A DNA stretch of 64,000 nucleotides, from positions 3,025-67,024 of IMG/VR virus record IMGVR_UViG_3300037840_000382. One strand, 5' to 3'. Positions 53,605 to 61,509 of this stretch are shown in pieces. The stretch is from a virus. Its lineage: Duplodnaviria > Caudoviricetes. A program made the position numbers and the translations under genes. Position 1 is the stretch's first letter; each line of letters starts with the position of its first letter. Under the pieces are notes generated by a model. That model was not told the origin of the DNA. It made no database searches and was given only the letters and a program-made list of their open reading frames with translations.

Positions 53605-55926
53605 ATGCCAGGCCAGCCACGATTTATTGAAATCGCCCTGCCATGTCTCGCTCGCGGGTGGTGGGTTTTTCCATTGCAGCCGCGCTCCAAGCTGCCGTTC
53701 AAAGGGAGCCGCGGGTTCAAGGATGCGACGCTCGACCGCGCGCAGGTGGAGGCGTGGGGGTGGAAAGCGCCCGACGCCAATGTGGGGATCGCCACCGGGC
53801 CCTCGGGCCTAGTGGTGCTCGACCTCGACGGGCCTGAGGGGCAGGCGCAGCTCAAAGCGATCGCGCGGGGCGACCTGCCGCGCACCTTGGTCGTCAAGAC
53901 GGGTCGGCCGGGCGGGTTCCACCTCTACTACGCGGGCAGCAGCATACCATCAAGCCAAGTCAAGGGCGAGCACCTGGACGTTCGCGGCAGTACCGGCTAC
54001 GTTCTGGCGCCGGGGTGCGTCCACGAAAACGGTACTATCTACACAATCGTAGTGAATTCGCCCGTTGCGCCGGTGCCGGCGTGGGTCGGGCCGTGGGTGC
54101 GATCGAGAGGAAATGCGGGTTCAGCCAATTGGCTGAACCTCCGAAGGGAGGTGATTCGCGATGAGCAGGACGCGACTCAAAGCGTCCTGGTACCAAGCAC
54201 GCAGACCGTCAGGCCCCTCCCCAGCATCCCCGCGGGAGGGGCCGCCACGACCGCCCAGCGGGCAATGAGAGCGCTTCAGGAGGCGGAGGCGCAATCGTGG
54301 TCACCCGAGGCGGAGACGCGCCTGCGCCTCGCTCTGAGCGCCATACCGGCCGACATCGACGGGCAGACCTGGGCGTCCTTCGGCATGGCGCTATGCGATC
54401 TCCGTTGGGACCAGAACGGGCAAGATGTCGGTTTCGAGCTTTGGGATGCTTGGTCCAAGACCAGTCAAGGAAGGGGCGCCGGCAACGGGGAGTACCGGGG
54501 GCGAGCGGATCTGGCGAAGCGGTGGCGAGGGTTCCAAGAGAAGAACTATCAAGGGGTTAGGGCGACCATCGCGAGTATTTTTGCAAAAGCCAGGGAGTTC
54601 ACCTCGCACGCACCAATTGGTCCTTCGACAAGGGCTCAGGATAATACGGGACCGTATGTTAGCGATGTAAAATCTCATCAAATAAATGGTGTGGCAACCT
54701 TACCCGCACCCATTTTCTCAAGCACACCAAGCATCGTGTTTCCCGACGTGACTAAGCAGGGGAGGCCGCTCGCCACGTGTCGCAACGCGCGCCTCGCGAT
54801 TCGGGGGCTCGGGATCGAGTGCCGCCACGACGCGTTCCGGGATCGCTGCACCATCGGGGGGCACCCGCTTGAGGATTGGGCCGGCGAGCTGACGGATAAC
54901 ACGGTGCATATCCTGCGCGTTGCGATTGAACAGACGTACCGTTTCGACCCTGGCACGATTTCTACGCATGACGCGGCCGTACAGGAGTGCTTGGCCGCGA
55001 GCCGTGACCCAGTGCTCGACTATCTCGATTCGCTCGCCTGGGACCGCCGGGCGAGGCTGGCGGGGTGGTTGAGCGTCTACTTGGGGGCGGCTGGCACGGC
55101 GTTCAACCAGGTGGTCGGGACGCTTGTGCTGGTTGCCGCGGTCCGGCGGGCCCGCGAGCCCGGCTGCAAGTTCGACCAGATTATGGTTCTGGAGGGACCG
55201 GAGGGCACACTCAAAAGCTCGGCGGTGCGCCTACTCGCCGGCGAGTGGTTTTCGGACCAGACGCTGCTCGGGCTTGGCGACCAGCGGGAACAGGAGGCGG
55301 TAAGCGGGGTGTGGCTCTACGAAATCGCGGACCTGGCGGGCCATAAGCGGTGGGAAGTCGAGCGCATGAAAGCGTTCGCCAGCCGCACGCATGACAGGGC
55401 GCGGCCGGCCTACGGGCGGCGCCGCGTTGACCAGCCAAGGCGCTGCATATTTTTCGGGACCACGAACAACGAAACTTATTTGCAGTCGCAAACGGGCAAC
55501 AGGCGATTCTGGCCGATACGATGCGGGCGAATCGATTTGGAGGCGCTACGGCGCGATCGCGACCAGCTGTGGGCCGAGGCGAGCGCTATCGAGGAGCAAG
55601 GGATAGCGTTGGAATTGCCACGGGCATTGTGGGCGGAAGCAAAAGCGCTCCAAGGGGAACGCCTTGACCGCGACCCATGGGACGATGCGCTAGCGGAACT
55701 TGAAAAACACTACTCAGTAAAACTTGAACAAGCGGGCGATGGAGGGGGCGAGTGGAGAGTGCCAACCAAGGATATCTTAAGCGAGTATTTGAAACTAGGC
55801 GCACGAGAGCAGACAGACACGATAGCAAAGCGTTTGGCGTACAGTCTACGGCGTTTAGGGTGGGATGGACCAAAACTTATCAGATTTGCCGGCGGAACGT
55901 CTAGGGGGTACACTAAAAAGGCGTAA
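53605..55926 (+). CDS. Prim-Pol + PriCT-2 + VirE/VapE-type primase-helicase
   Basis: VFPL..NVGIATG..VLDLD..HLYY..DVRG; WDAWS; GPEGTLKS, GTTN and TGNRRFWP. Confidence 0.9.
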   Translation: MPGQPRFIEIALPCLARGWWVFPLQPRSKLPFKGSRGFKDATLDRAQVEAWGWKAPDANVGIATGPSGLVVLDLDGPEGQAQLKAIARGDLPRTLVVKTGRPGGFHLYYAGSSIPSSQVKGEHLDVRGSTGYVLAPGCVHENGTIYTIVVNSPVAPVPAWVGPWVRSRGNAGSANWLNLRREVIRDEQDATQSVLVPSTQTVRPLPSIPAGGAATTAQRAMRALQEAEAQSWSPEAETRLRLALSAIPADIDGQTWASFGMALCDLRWDQNGQDVGFELWDAWSKTSQGRGAGNGEYRGRADLAKRWRGFQEKNYQGVRATIASIFAKAREFTSHAPIGPSTRAQDNTGPYVSDVKSHQINGVATLPAPIFSSTPSIVFPDVTKQGRPLATCRNARLAIRGLGIECRHDAFRDRCTIGGHPLEDWAGELTDNTVHILRVAIEQTYRFDPGTISTHDAAVQECLAASRDPVLDYLDSLAWDRRARLAGWLSVYLGAAGTAFNQVVGTLVLVAAVRRAREPGCKFDQIMVLEGPEGTLKSSAVRLLAGEWFSDQTLLGLGDQREQEAVSGVWLYEIADLAGHKRWEVERMKAFASRTHDRARPAYGRRRVDQPRRCIFFGTTNNETYLQSQTGNRRFWPIRCGRIDLEALRRDRDQLWAEASAIEEQGIALELPRALWAEAKALQGERLDRDPWDDALAELEKHYSVKLEQAGDGGGEWRVPTKDILSEYLKLGAREQTDTIAKRLAYSLRRLGWDGPKLIRFAGGTSRGYTKKA

Positions 55927-56200
55927 GTGTAACAGGTGTTACGGGTACCACGGGGGAGGTGTAACAGAAATTCGGTAATGATTTCAACGCTGTAACACCT
56001 GTAACACCTGTTACTCCTTTTCTATGGTAGTGTAATGGAATATAGAGATGTATATTTATATAGTACATAATTATATACTACATATTATATAAGATTCTAT
56101 AACGCCTCTATAGGAGAACGTGTTACAGGTGTTACAGCGTTGAAATCGTTAAAGAACAGGTGTTACATGGGGGCGAAACAAACCCGTAACAGGTGTTACA
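55927..56200. other. putative replication origin: GTAACA/TGTTAC iterons and a 28-bp inverted repeat around an AT-rich core
   Basis: Perfect IR at 55980-56007 / 56120-56147, directly after the primase stop. Confidence 0.75.
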
Positions 56201-56217
56201 AAAAGTGGAGAGAGTAA

Positions 56218-56391
56218 ATGCGCTACGTAGTCGTGATTAGAATCTGGAGTGGAAGAACGCGTTATCATCTAAAGACGGTCCGGATTAATACGCGTCAAGC
56301 GGCGGATAAAATCGTTAATTGGATCAAGACGTTAGATGAAAGAGACTCAATACGGGCTGAAATTTTTGAGGACGGAGTTGACGCCCAATAA
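56218..56391 (+). CDS. small hypothetical protein
   Basis: GGAGAG RBS; manual translation, 57 aa. Confidence 0.5.
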   Translation: MRYVVVIRIWSGRTRYHLKTVRINTRQAADKIVNWIKTLDERDSIRAEIFEDGVDAQ

Positions 56392-56406
56392 TTTAGGGAG
56401 TACATA
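56378..56406 (+). promoter_or_regulatory. early promoter 1
   Basis: TTGACG-N17-TACATA with the ATTTAGGGAG box. Confidence 0.75.
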
Positions 56407-56469
56407 AACAGTCGCGGCGGATAGCGTCGCGAGCAAGAGCGCACTGCGAGTGCGGCATAGGAGGGTGGC

Positions 56470-56832
56470 ATGGTCCGCATATGCGATTTTCATGGCAAAA
56501 CGGTCGCCACGTCGCAAAATCTGCGAGGTGTGTTGACGTTCGCTCGCAAGCACCCGGTTGACGTGGTGAAAATCACCGCATTGCGCGGGCACTCATTCCG
56601 TGTTGTGTTCTATTTCAGCAAAAATTCGGCGGGAGGGCATTACAGCGCCGAAACTACATGGGCTGACTGGCGTGTTGTGTGCGACTGGCTTGCGTCGCGC
56701 AAGTCGTGGTCGGTCGAGCGTATCAACATCGATCCGCGGCTATTTGCTGACATGCATCCGCGACTGCGACGTATCCCAAGCCTGAAAGGCACAGTGTTAG
56801 AGTGCAACGAAAAGGGCCACGCTGTCGCTTGA
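56470..56832 (+). CDS. early hypothetical protein
   Basis: AGGAGG RBS after promoter 1. Confidence 0.7.
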   Translation: MVRICDFHGKTVATSQNLRGVLTFARKHPVDVVKITALRGHSFRVVFYFSKNSAGGHYSAETTWADWRVVCDWLASRKSWSVERINIDPRLFADMHPRLRRIPSLKGTVLECNEKGHAVA

Positions 56833-56857
56833 CAGCGTAATATTTAGGGAGTACATA
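56829..56857 (+). promoter_or_regulatory. early promoter 2
   Basis: TTGACA-N17-TACATA with the same box. Confidence 0.8.
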
Positions 56858-56901
56858 ACAAGCCGGTCGCGACGTGCGGCCGGCTTTTTTGGGAGGGTTA
56901 C

Positions 56902-57243
56902 ATGCGAGGCGAGCAAGTTTGGAAGTTTGAGACGGCGCGGTTCACGGTGGCGCTGGAGATAGAGCCGGAAGATATGGACCCGGCCGATTGCTTCCAGTTT
57001 CAGGAAGATATCGACGCGGTGCGTAATGGCGAGGTGGAATGGTTTCAGGCCCGCGTCGCAGTTTATCTTGACGGCGTGCTTGTCGGATGGGACTCGCTGG
57101 GCGGGTGCGCTTATAGGTCAGTGGCAGAATTTTACGATGGGCATATTGGCCAGAAAGGCAGCTATTTTACTGACATGGTGCGCCAAGCGATAGCTGACGC
57201 ACGCAAGATGTTGTGCGACCGGCCGCAGCTGCGGCGTGTTTAG
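56902..57243 (+). CDS. acidic early hypothetical protein
   Basis: GGGAGG RBS; DSLGGCAY motif. Confidence 0.75.
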   Translation: MRGEQVWKFETARFTVALEIEPEDMDPADCFQFQEDIDAVRNGEVEWFQARVAVYLDGVLVGWDSLGGCAYRSVAEFYDGHIGQKGSYFTDMVRQAIADARKMLCDRPQLRRV

Positions 57244-57254
57244 GAGGATTGAAC

Positions 57255-57443
57255 ATGCACAAGCTTCGAATCATGCGTGACGGCTTTGAAATTGCGCGCT
57301 TGCCTTGTTCGCGAGACGTTTGCATCTGGAACTTGGCGGTGACGCTAGAGAAGGTGGGAAGGATGCTGGCGAGCTTCGGACGCGTCGCCATCTGGATCGA
57401 GAACGGGAACGTCTCGCATTTTATTGGCGTGTGGGAGGGCTAG
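57255..57443 (+). CDS. small early protein
   Basis: GGAGGATTGAACATG start. Confidence 0.65.
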   Translation: MHKLRIMRDGFEIARLPCSRDVCIWNLAVTLEKVGRMLASFGRVAIWIENGNVSHFIGVWEG

Positions 57444-57470
57444 CGTAGCAGCCTCGTCTAGCGACTTTTT

Positions 57471-57500
57471 AAGCCGGCCCCTTATCGGGGCCGGCTTTTT
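57471..57500 (+). terminator. intrinsic terminator (cassette 2)
   Basis: AAGCCGGCCCC-TTATC-GGGGCCGGCTTTTT. Confidence 0.85.
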
Positions 57501-57535
57501 AGTACGTATGACTACTTATAAGTAGCATTACGTAC

Positions 57536-57564
57536 ATGACAAGCGTCTATTTAGTGAGTACATA
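57536..57564 (+). promoter_or_regulatory. early promoter 3
   Basis: ATGACA-N17-TACATA with the ATTTAGTGAG box. Confidence 0.7.
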
Positions 57565-57605
57565 AAAGATAGCGGCGTGGTGCCGCTCTTTGGGAGGTTA
57601 AGGAC

Positions 57606-57938
57606 ATGGCGAAATATTTTACGCTCATGCACGGTTTGCGAGGGTGCTACATGCCCGACAGCGATCCGCGAGTCGTTATGGTCAAGACGCGACGCGAGTT
57701 GAAAGAATTGATCGCCGGCGAGGCCGACATGCTGGCGACCGAGGCGACGCTAGGACTAAGCAAGCGCGCGATCGCGTCGTTTGCCGCGACGTGCTGGCAC
57801 GAGGCGCAGAAAGCAAAGCCGGCTTATTTGCCCTATTGTTTGCCTTGCAAGGAGCGCGGGCAATCAAGCTACAGCTACGGGATATTCTGCAGCGTCGCGA
57901 GTCGTAGCGAGTACCTGGAAGCGAATCGGGAGGATTGA
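57606..57938 (+). CDS. early hypothetical protein
   Basis: GGGAGG RBS; GLRGCYMPD motif. Confidence 0.7.
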   Translation: MAKYFTLMHGLRGCYMPDSDPRVVMVKTRRELKELIAGEADMLATEATLGLSKRAIASFAATCWHEAQKAKPAYLPYCLPCKERGQSSYSYGIFCSVASRSEYLEANRED

Positions 57939-57940
57939 AC

Positions 57941-58153
57941 ATGAAAAAGTACAAAGTGACGTTTTTTGCGCGTTTGCCTGAGAACGCTAAGCGCGCGATC
58001 GACGGCGGTTGCCAGTGTGCTTTTTGCAAGGCGCATCCTGATAAGACGCCCGCATGGGACACGCTTGCGGTTGATCCCGACAGCTGCACGGCGTGGACGG
58101 TGCATTATCCCGAGATGCTAGAGCCTGTTATTGTGCGCCCGCACGCTGCGTAG
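57941..58153 (+). CDS. small early Cys-containing protein
   Basis: GGAGGATTGAACATG start; GCQCAFC..WDTL..VHYPE. Confidence 0.65.
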   Translation: MKKYKVTFFARLPENAKRAIDGGCQCAFCKAHPDKTPAWDTLAVDPDSCTAWTVHYPEMLEPVIVRPHAA

Positions 58154-58162
58154 TAGCCTCGC

Positions 58163-58420
58163 CTAGCGCTCTTTCAAGCCGGCCCTAGTCTGGGCCGGCT
58201 TTTTTGATTCGCGCAATAGGCGGGCAGCCTCTGAGGCTTGGCGGATCATGCTGTCGAGCTCGGCGGTTAGCACGTCCACAGCCCATTCGGGCGGATTGCG
58301 GCGCCCGGTGCGCCATTTTTTGATCGTGTCATAGGGCGCTTCTCGCAGGATCTGGCGCAAGCTTGCCGTGCGGCCGGGATAGCGCGGCAGATCGTGGCGC
58401 GGCGAATTAGACCACGGCAT
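58163..58420 (-). CDS. putative HTH DNA-binding protein (start uncertain)
   Basis: YDTIKKWRTGRRNPP resembles an XRE recognition helix. Confidence 0.5.
   Translation of the reverse strand: MPWSNSPRHDLPRYPGRTASLRQILREAPYDTIKKWRTGRRNPPEWAVDVLTAELDSMIRQASEAARLLRESKKPAQTRAGLKER
58176..58205 (+). terminator. intrinsic terminator (cassette 3)
   Basis: AAGCCGGCCC-TAGTCT-GGGCCGGCTTTTTT. Confidence 0.85.
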
Positions 58421-59022
58421 GAGGGTGCATACTGCGAGCTCGAATGGAACAGGGACGCGGCACACGGGAGCGGTGCCAGCGTGGCTTTTAGAACCATGCG
58501 CCTCGCATTCGTTTTGCGCTTCCGTGATCAAATTTCGTCGCATCGTGTTCGCAGTCGCGCGTTGCCGGTTTCGGCGCAACCGAAATCGACCAATCTGCGA
58601 CATAATGCCGCGTCAATTCTTTACGGCCTTACAAGACTGTGCGAAGGCACCGCAAAGCTAAGCGCCTTGTAACTACTTGATTTTGTTGAGGAAGCTTTTG
58701 CGATTATCACGAACTATCACGAGATATCAAACGGCCGCGAGCGCTCGACGCGCTGAAATCGCTAATTGCGGGTAACATGATGCTTTCTACTTGTTAGTGT
58801 AGAAGCGGTTGCAACAACCACGCGAGACAACACTTTTCTACAACCGCGCGGCACGATGGGTCGGCGCTAAGTAGGATTTTGGTCACACCACTCAACTCCC
58901 CCCACGGGGAAAAAAATTTTCAAAAATTAGCCCTTGTAGTTGCCCTGACTACATCCTTCGTGCTACTCTCTACGTCATGTCTTCTTGGATAAAAAAGGTG
59001 TTCTTTTCTTTTGGAGCGTTGG

Positions 59023-59259
59023 ATGAGCGATATCGAAGATATTGACGGTGACCTCGCTGAGATTGAAGGCATCGCGGAGTGCCGGCAGATCGAAGAGATC
59101 AAAAGGCGTCGTTACGAGTGCTTTATCGAGGATCACGAATCAAAGCCGTGGACGCCTGGACAGTGCGCCGGATTTGCGGGCCGCAGCGTACACTTAATGC
59201 GGTGCAAGCGGAAAGACGGCTACGGTCTCGGAGGATTGTTTTGTAGGCAGCACGCATGA
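59023..59259 (+). CDS. small Cys/His Zn-binding protein
   Basis: QC..RCKRK.GYG..GLFCRQH; ATGA overlap. Confidence 0.6.
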   Translation: MSDIEDIDGDLAEIEGIAECRQIEEIKRRRYECFIEDHESKPWTPGQCAGFAGRSVHLMRCKRKDGYGLGGLFCRQHA

Positions 59260-59921
59260 CCTTCGACCCCTACAAAATCCTTGGCGTGGACAAGACGGCC
59301 TCAACCGCCAGCGTGCGAGCAGCCTACCGCTCTCGCGCCAAACGTCTCCACCCCGATGCCGGCGGCAGCGCCGAGGCGTTCGCTAAGCTTTCTCGCGCCC
59401 ACTTAGTCCTCGCCGATCCCGCGAAACGTGCAAAATTCGACCAAGATGGTACGATCGACGAGTCCTCCGTGGACAACTCTCTTTCCAAGGCGGTATCGAT
59501 CTGCGTTGGTTTCTTTGCTTCTGTGGTGGAGCAGCACGTGCGCTCCGGCGCCACCGATCCGCTCACCATGAACCTCGTCGTTCTCGCGCGCGAAGCCTTC
59601 GCCAAGGAAATTTCTCAGTTCGAAGCAGCCAAGCGCCCGATTGAGCGCGCCAGGAAGAAGCTCGAACAGGTGGAGTCGCGGCTCAAGGCCAAGCGCTCCG
59701 CCAACCCGCTGCTGCGCCAAGCTTTAAAAATGCAGGCCGCTTCCACCGCGCAGCCGCTCGCCGCCATTGATGCGCAGATTACTGCTTATCGCGATGCGAT
59801 CGCGCTGCTCGACGGCTACGAGTTCGCTCCCGACAGAGACCTCGACTTCGAGCGCATGGCGGCGGTTATGGAGGGCATCAACTCGGCGCAGGCGCGCTTT
59901 TATCGCGGAGGAACGAGCTGA
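59256..59921 (+). CDS. DnaJ (J-domain) protein
   Basis: DPYKILGV..AYR..LHPDAGG..L.DPAKRAKFD. Confidence 0.9.
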   Translation: MTFDPYKILGVDKTASTASVRAAYRSRAKRLHPDAGGSAEAFAKLSRAHLVLADPAKRAKFDQDGTIDESSVDNSLSKAVSICVGFFASVVEQHVRSGATDPLTMNLVVLAREAFAKEISQFEAAKRPIERARKKLEQVESRLKAKRSANPLLRQALKMQAASTAQPLAAIDAQITAYRDAIALLDGYEFAPDRDLDFERMAAVMEGINSAQARFYRGGTS

Positions 59922-60175
59922 TGACCGGCACCGCAGAACTGATCGCGCGGCTTAAGTACATAGCGATGCCTGATCAAAATGGGCACCGCGCTCCGTGGTC
60001 CTCATTGGCTGAGGAAGCCGTTGCTGCTCTCGCCGCGCAGGCGCAGGAGATCGAACGGCTTAAAACTGCATTGACGGCGGCCCGCAATCGCATTGAGGAT
60101 GACGCGCAAACGATAGACCGGCACGTCGCCAAAATCGGCAAGCTTCAAAACGCTCTCATCGGGAGAGACGGATGA
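59921..60175 (+). CDS. modular hypothetical protein (MTGTAELIAR family)
   Basis: Shared blocks with 60172 and 49708. Confidence 0.7.
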   Translation: MTGTAELIARLKYIAMPDQNGHRAPWSSLAEEAVAALAAQAQEIERLKTALTAARNRIEDDAQTIDRHVAKIGKLQNALIGRDG

Positions 60176-60585
60176 CCGGCACCGCAGAACTGATCGCGCG
60201 GGTAAAGCAAGCGGCGGCTGATTTGCATCTAGTAGCAAAGCTAAGCAATAAGCCGCCGTTGTCAGCAGCTTTCATTCTCAATGATGTCGCTGTCGCCCTC
60301 GCCGCACAGGCGCAGGAGATCGAGAGGCTAAACGAGGTATGGCATCCCAGCGAACAAGCGGCTCGTAATGCAGAAGCCCGCGCTGAGGCTGCCGAAGCAA
60401 AAGTGGCAGAGCAGGCGCGGGAGATCGAACGACTGACGGCAGAAGCAAAAGATTGGCATGATGCCGCTTCTGCACTGAATGGTGACGTTACAGAACTAGG
60501 TCAGCGCGCCGAGGCCGCCGAAGCCCGCGCTGATATCGCAGAGACGCCATCGAAGCCGCGACGATCGAGCGGTGCGCTGCAATAG
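60172..60585 (+). CDS. modular coiled-coil protein (MTGTAELIAR family); possible frameshift extending to 60656
   Basis: AEAAEA repeats; alternative frame reads RDAIEAATIERCA..AARIRALA. Confidence 0.65.
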   Translation: MTGTAELIARVKQAAADLHLVAKLSNKPPLSAAFILNDVAVALAAQAQEIERLNEVWHPSEQAARNAEARAEAAEAKVAEQAREIERLTAEAKDWHDAASALNGDVTELGQRAEAAEARADIAETPSKPRRSSGALQ

Positions 60586-60669
60586 TTGGCGATCACAGAG
60601 TGGCCGCCCGCATCCGCGCCCTCGCCAAGGAGTCCTTGACGCCTCCCCCTCTGTAGTGCTATTGACTAC

Positions 60670-60748
60670 ATCGCTCGTCCCCAAAAGCGAGCGGGCCGGG
60701 CGGCCATACATCCTCCCCGTATGTGACGCCAACCGCCCGGCCTTTTTT
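60670..60748 (+). ncRNA. candidate small RNA or attenuator with C-rich loops
   Basis: TTGACG promoter at 60636; stems CGCTCG/CGAGCG and GGCCGGGCGG/CCGCCCGGCC + T6; inner loop ATCCTCCCC. Confidence 0.45.
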
Positions 60749-60760
60749 AGGAGTTGCGCG

Positions 60761-60961
60761 CTGTCTCGCTTGGAAAAACCCACCTCCGTCCGCCTTCCTC
60801 CCGATCTTCTCCAAAGCGTGAGGCGCGCGGCCAATGAGCAGGGCTGCGCCGTCTCGTTCAAGATCGCGCAGATTCTGCGCGAGTGGGAGGCGAGGGAGAA
60901 GCGGCGGAAGAAGCGTGGCGTTTCCTCTGTGGAGAGTTCTCAAGAGGAGCGTTTTGGATGA
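60761..60961 (+). CDS. ribbon-helix-helix (Arc/CopG-like) regulator, start uncertain (CTG/TTG)
   Basis: TSVRLPPDLLQSVRRAA..SFKIAQILREW. Confidence 0.65.
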   Translation: MSRLEKPTSVRLPPDLLQSVRRAANEQGCAVSFKIAQILREWEAREKRRKKRGVSSVESSQEERFG

Positions 60962-61509
60962 AAAAAATACCGACGTTGTTTGAGCGTGACTGGGAGGGCG
61001 ATCGTTCGCGCGTACTCCTTCTGGTGCACTCTGGCTGCGAGTGGGTCTTGGCCGGGGAAGGCACGGCGACGCGCAAGCTTGATGGCACGTGCTGCATGGT
61101 GCGTGGAAACAGGCTCTACAAGCGGCGCGAGTTGCGCAAGGGCGAGCGCGCCCCTCCCGATTTCGAGATCGTCGATGCTGACGAGGAGACTGGCAAGATT
61201 GTCGGCTGGGTGCCTGTCGGCGATGGTCCCGAGGACAAGTATCACCGTGAGGCACTAGAACGCGATGGTGGATTTGACGGTACTTTCGAATTGGTGGGAC
61301 CGAAAGTGCAAGGCAATCCCGAGCAGTACGATCGTCATTCGCTGGTTTGGCACGATGATTTAGTACTAGTTATGGATGGCGTGCCGCGCACTTTCGACGG
61401 GCTGCGCGAGTGGCTGGCGGACAAGGATATCGAGGGGATCGTTTTCCATCACTCCGATGGACGAATGGCTAAGATCAAGAAGCGCGATTTTGGACTTAGG
61501 CGGCGATGA
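60958..61509 (+). CDS. RNA-ligase-like nucleotidyltransferase (DUF5565-like)
   Basis: KxDG (RKLDGT), EGIVF and KIK motifs. Confidence 0.75.
   Translation: MKKIPTLFERDWEGDRSRVLLLVHSGCEWVLAGEGTATRKLDGTCCMVRGNRLYKRRELRKGERAPPDFEIVDADEETGKIVGWVPVGDGPEDKYHREALERDGGFDGTFELVGPKVQGNPEQYDRHSLVWHDDLVLVMDGVPRTFDGLREWLADKDIEGIVFHHSDGRMAKIKKRDFGLRRR

Noticed and set aside
55927-56200. CRISPR array
   Set aside because: Repeats are 6-14 bp, in both orientations and irregularly spaced; no cas operon. An origin fits better.
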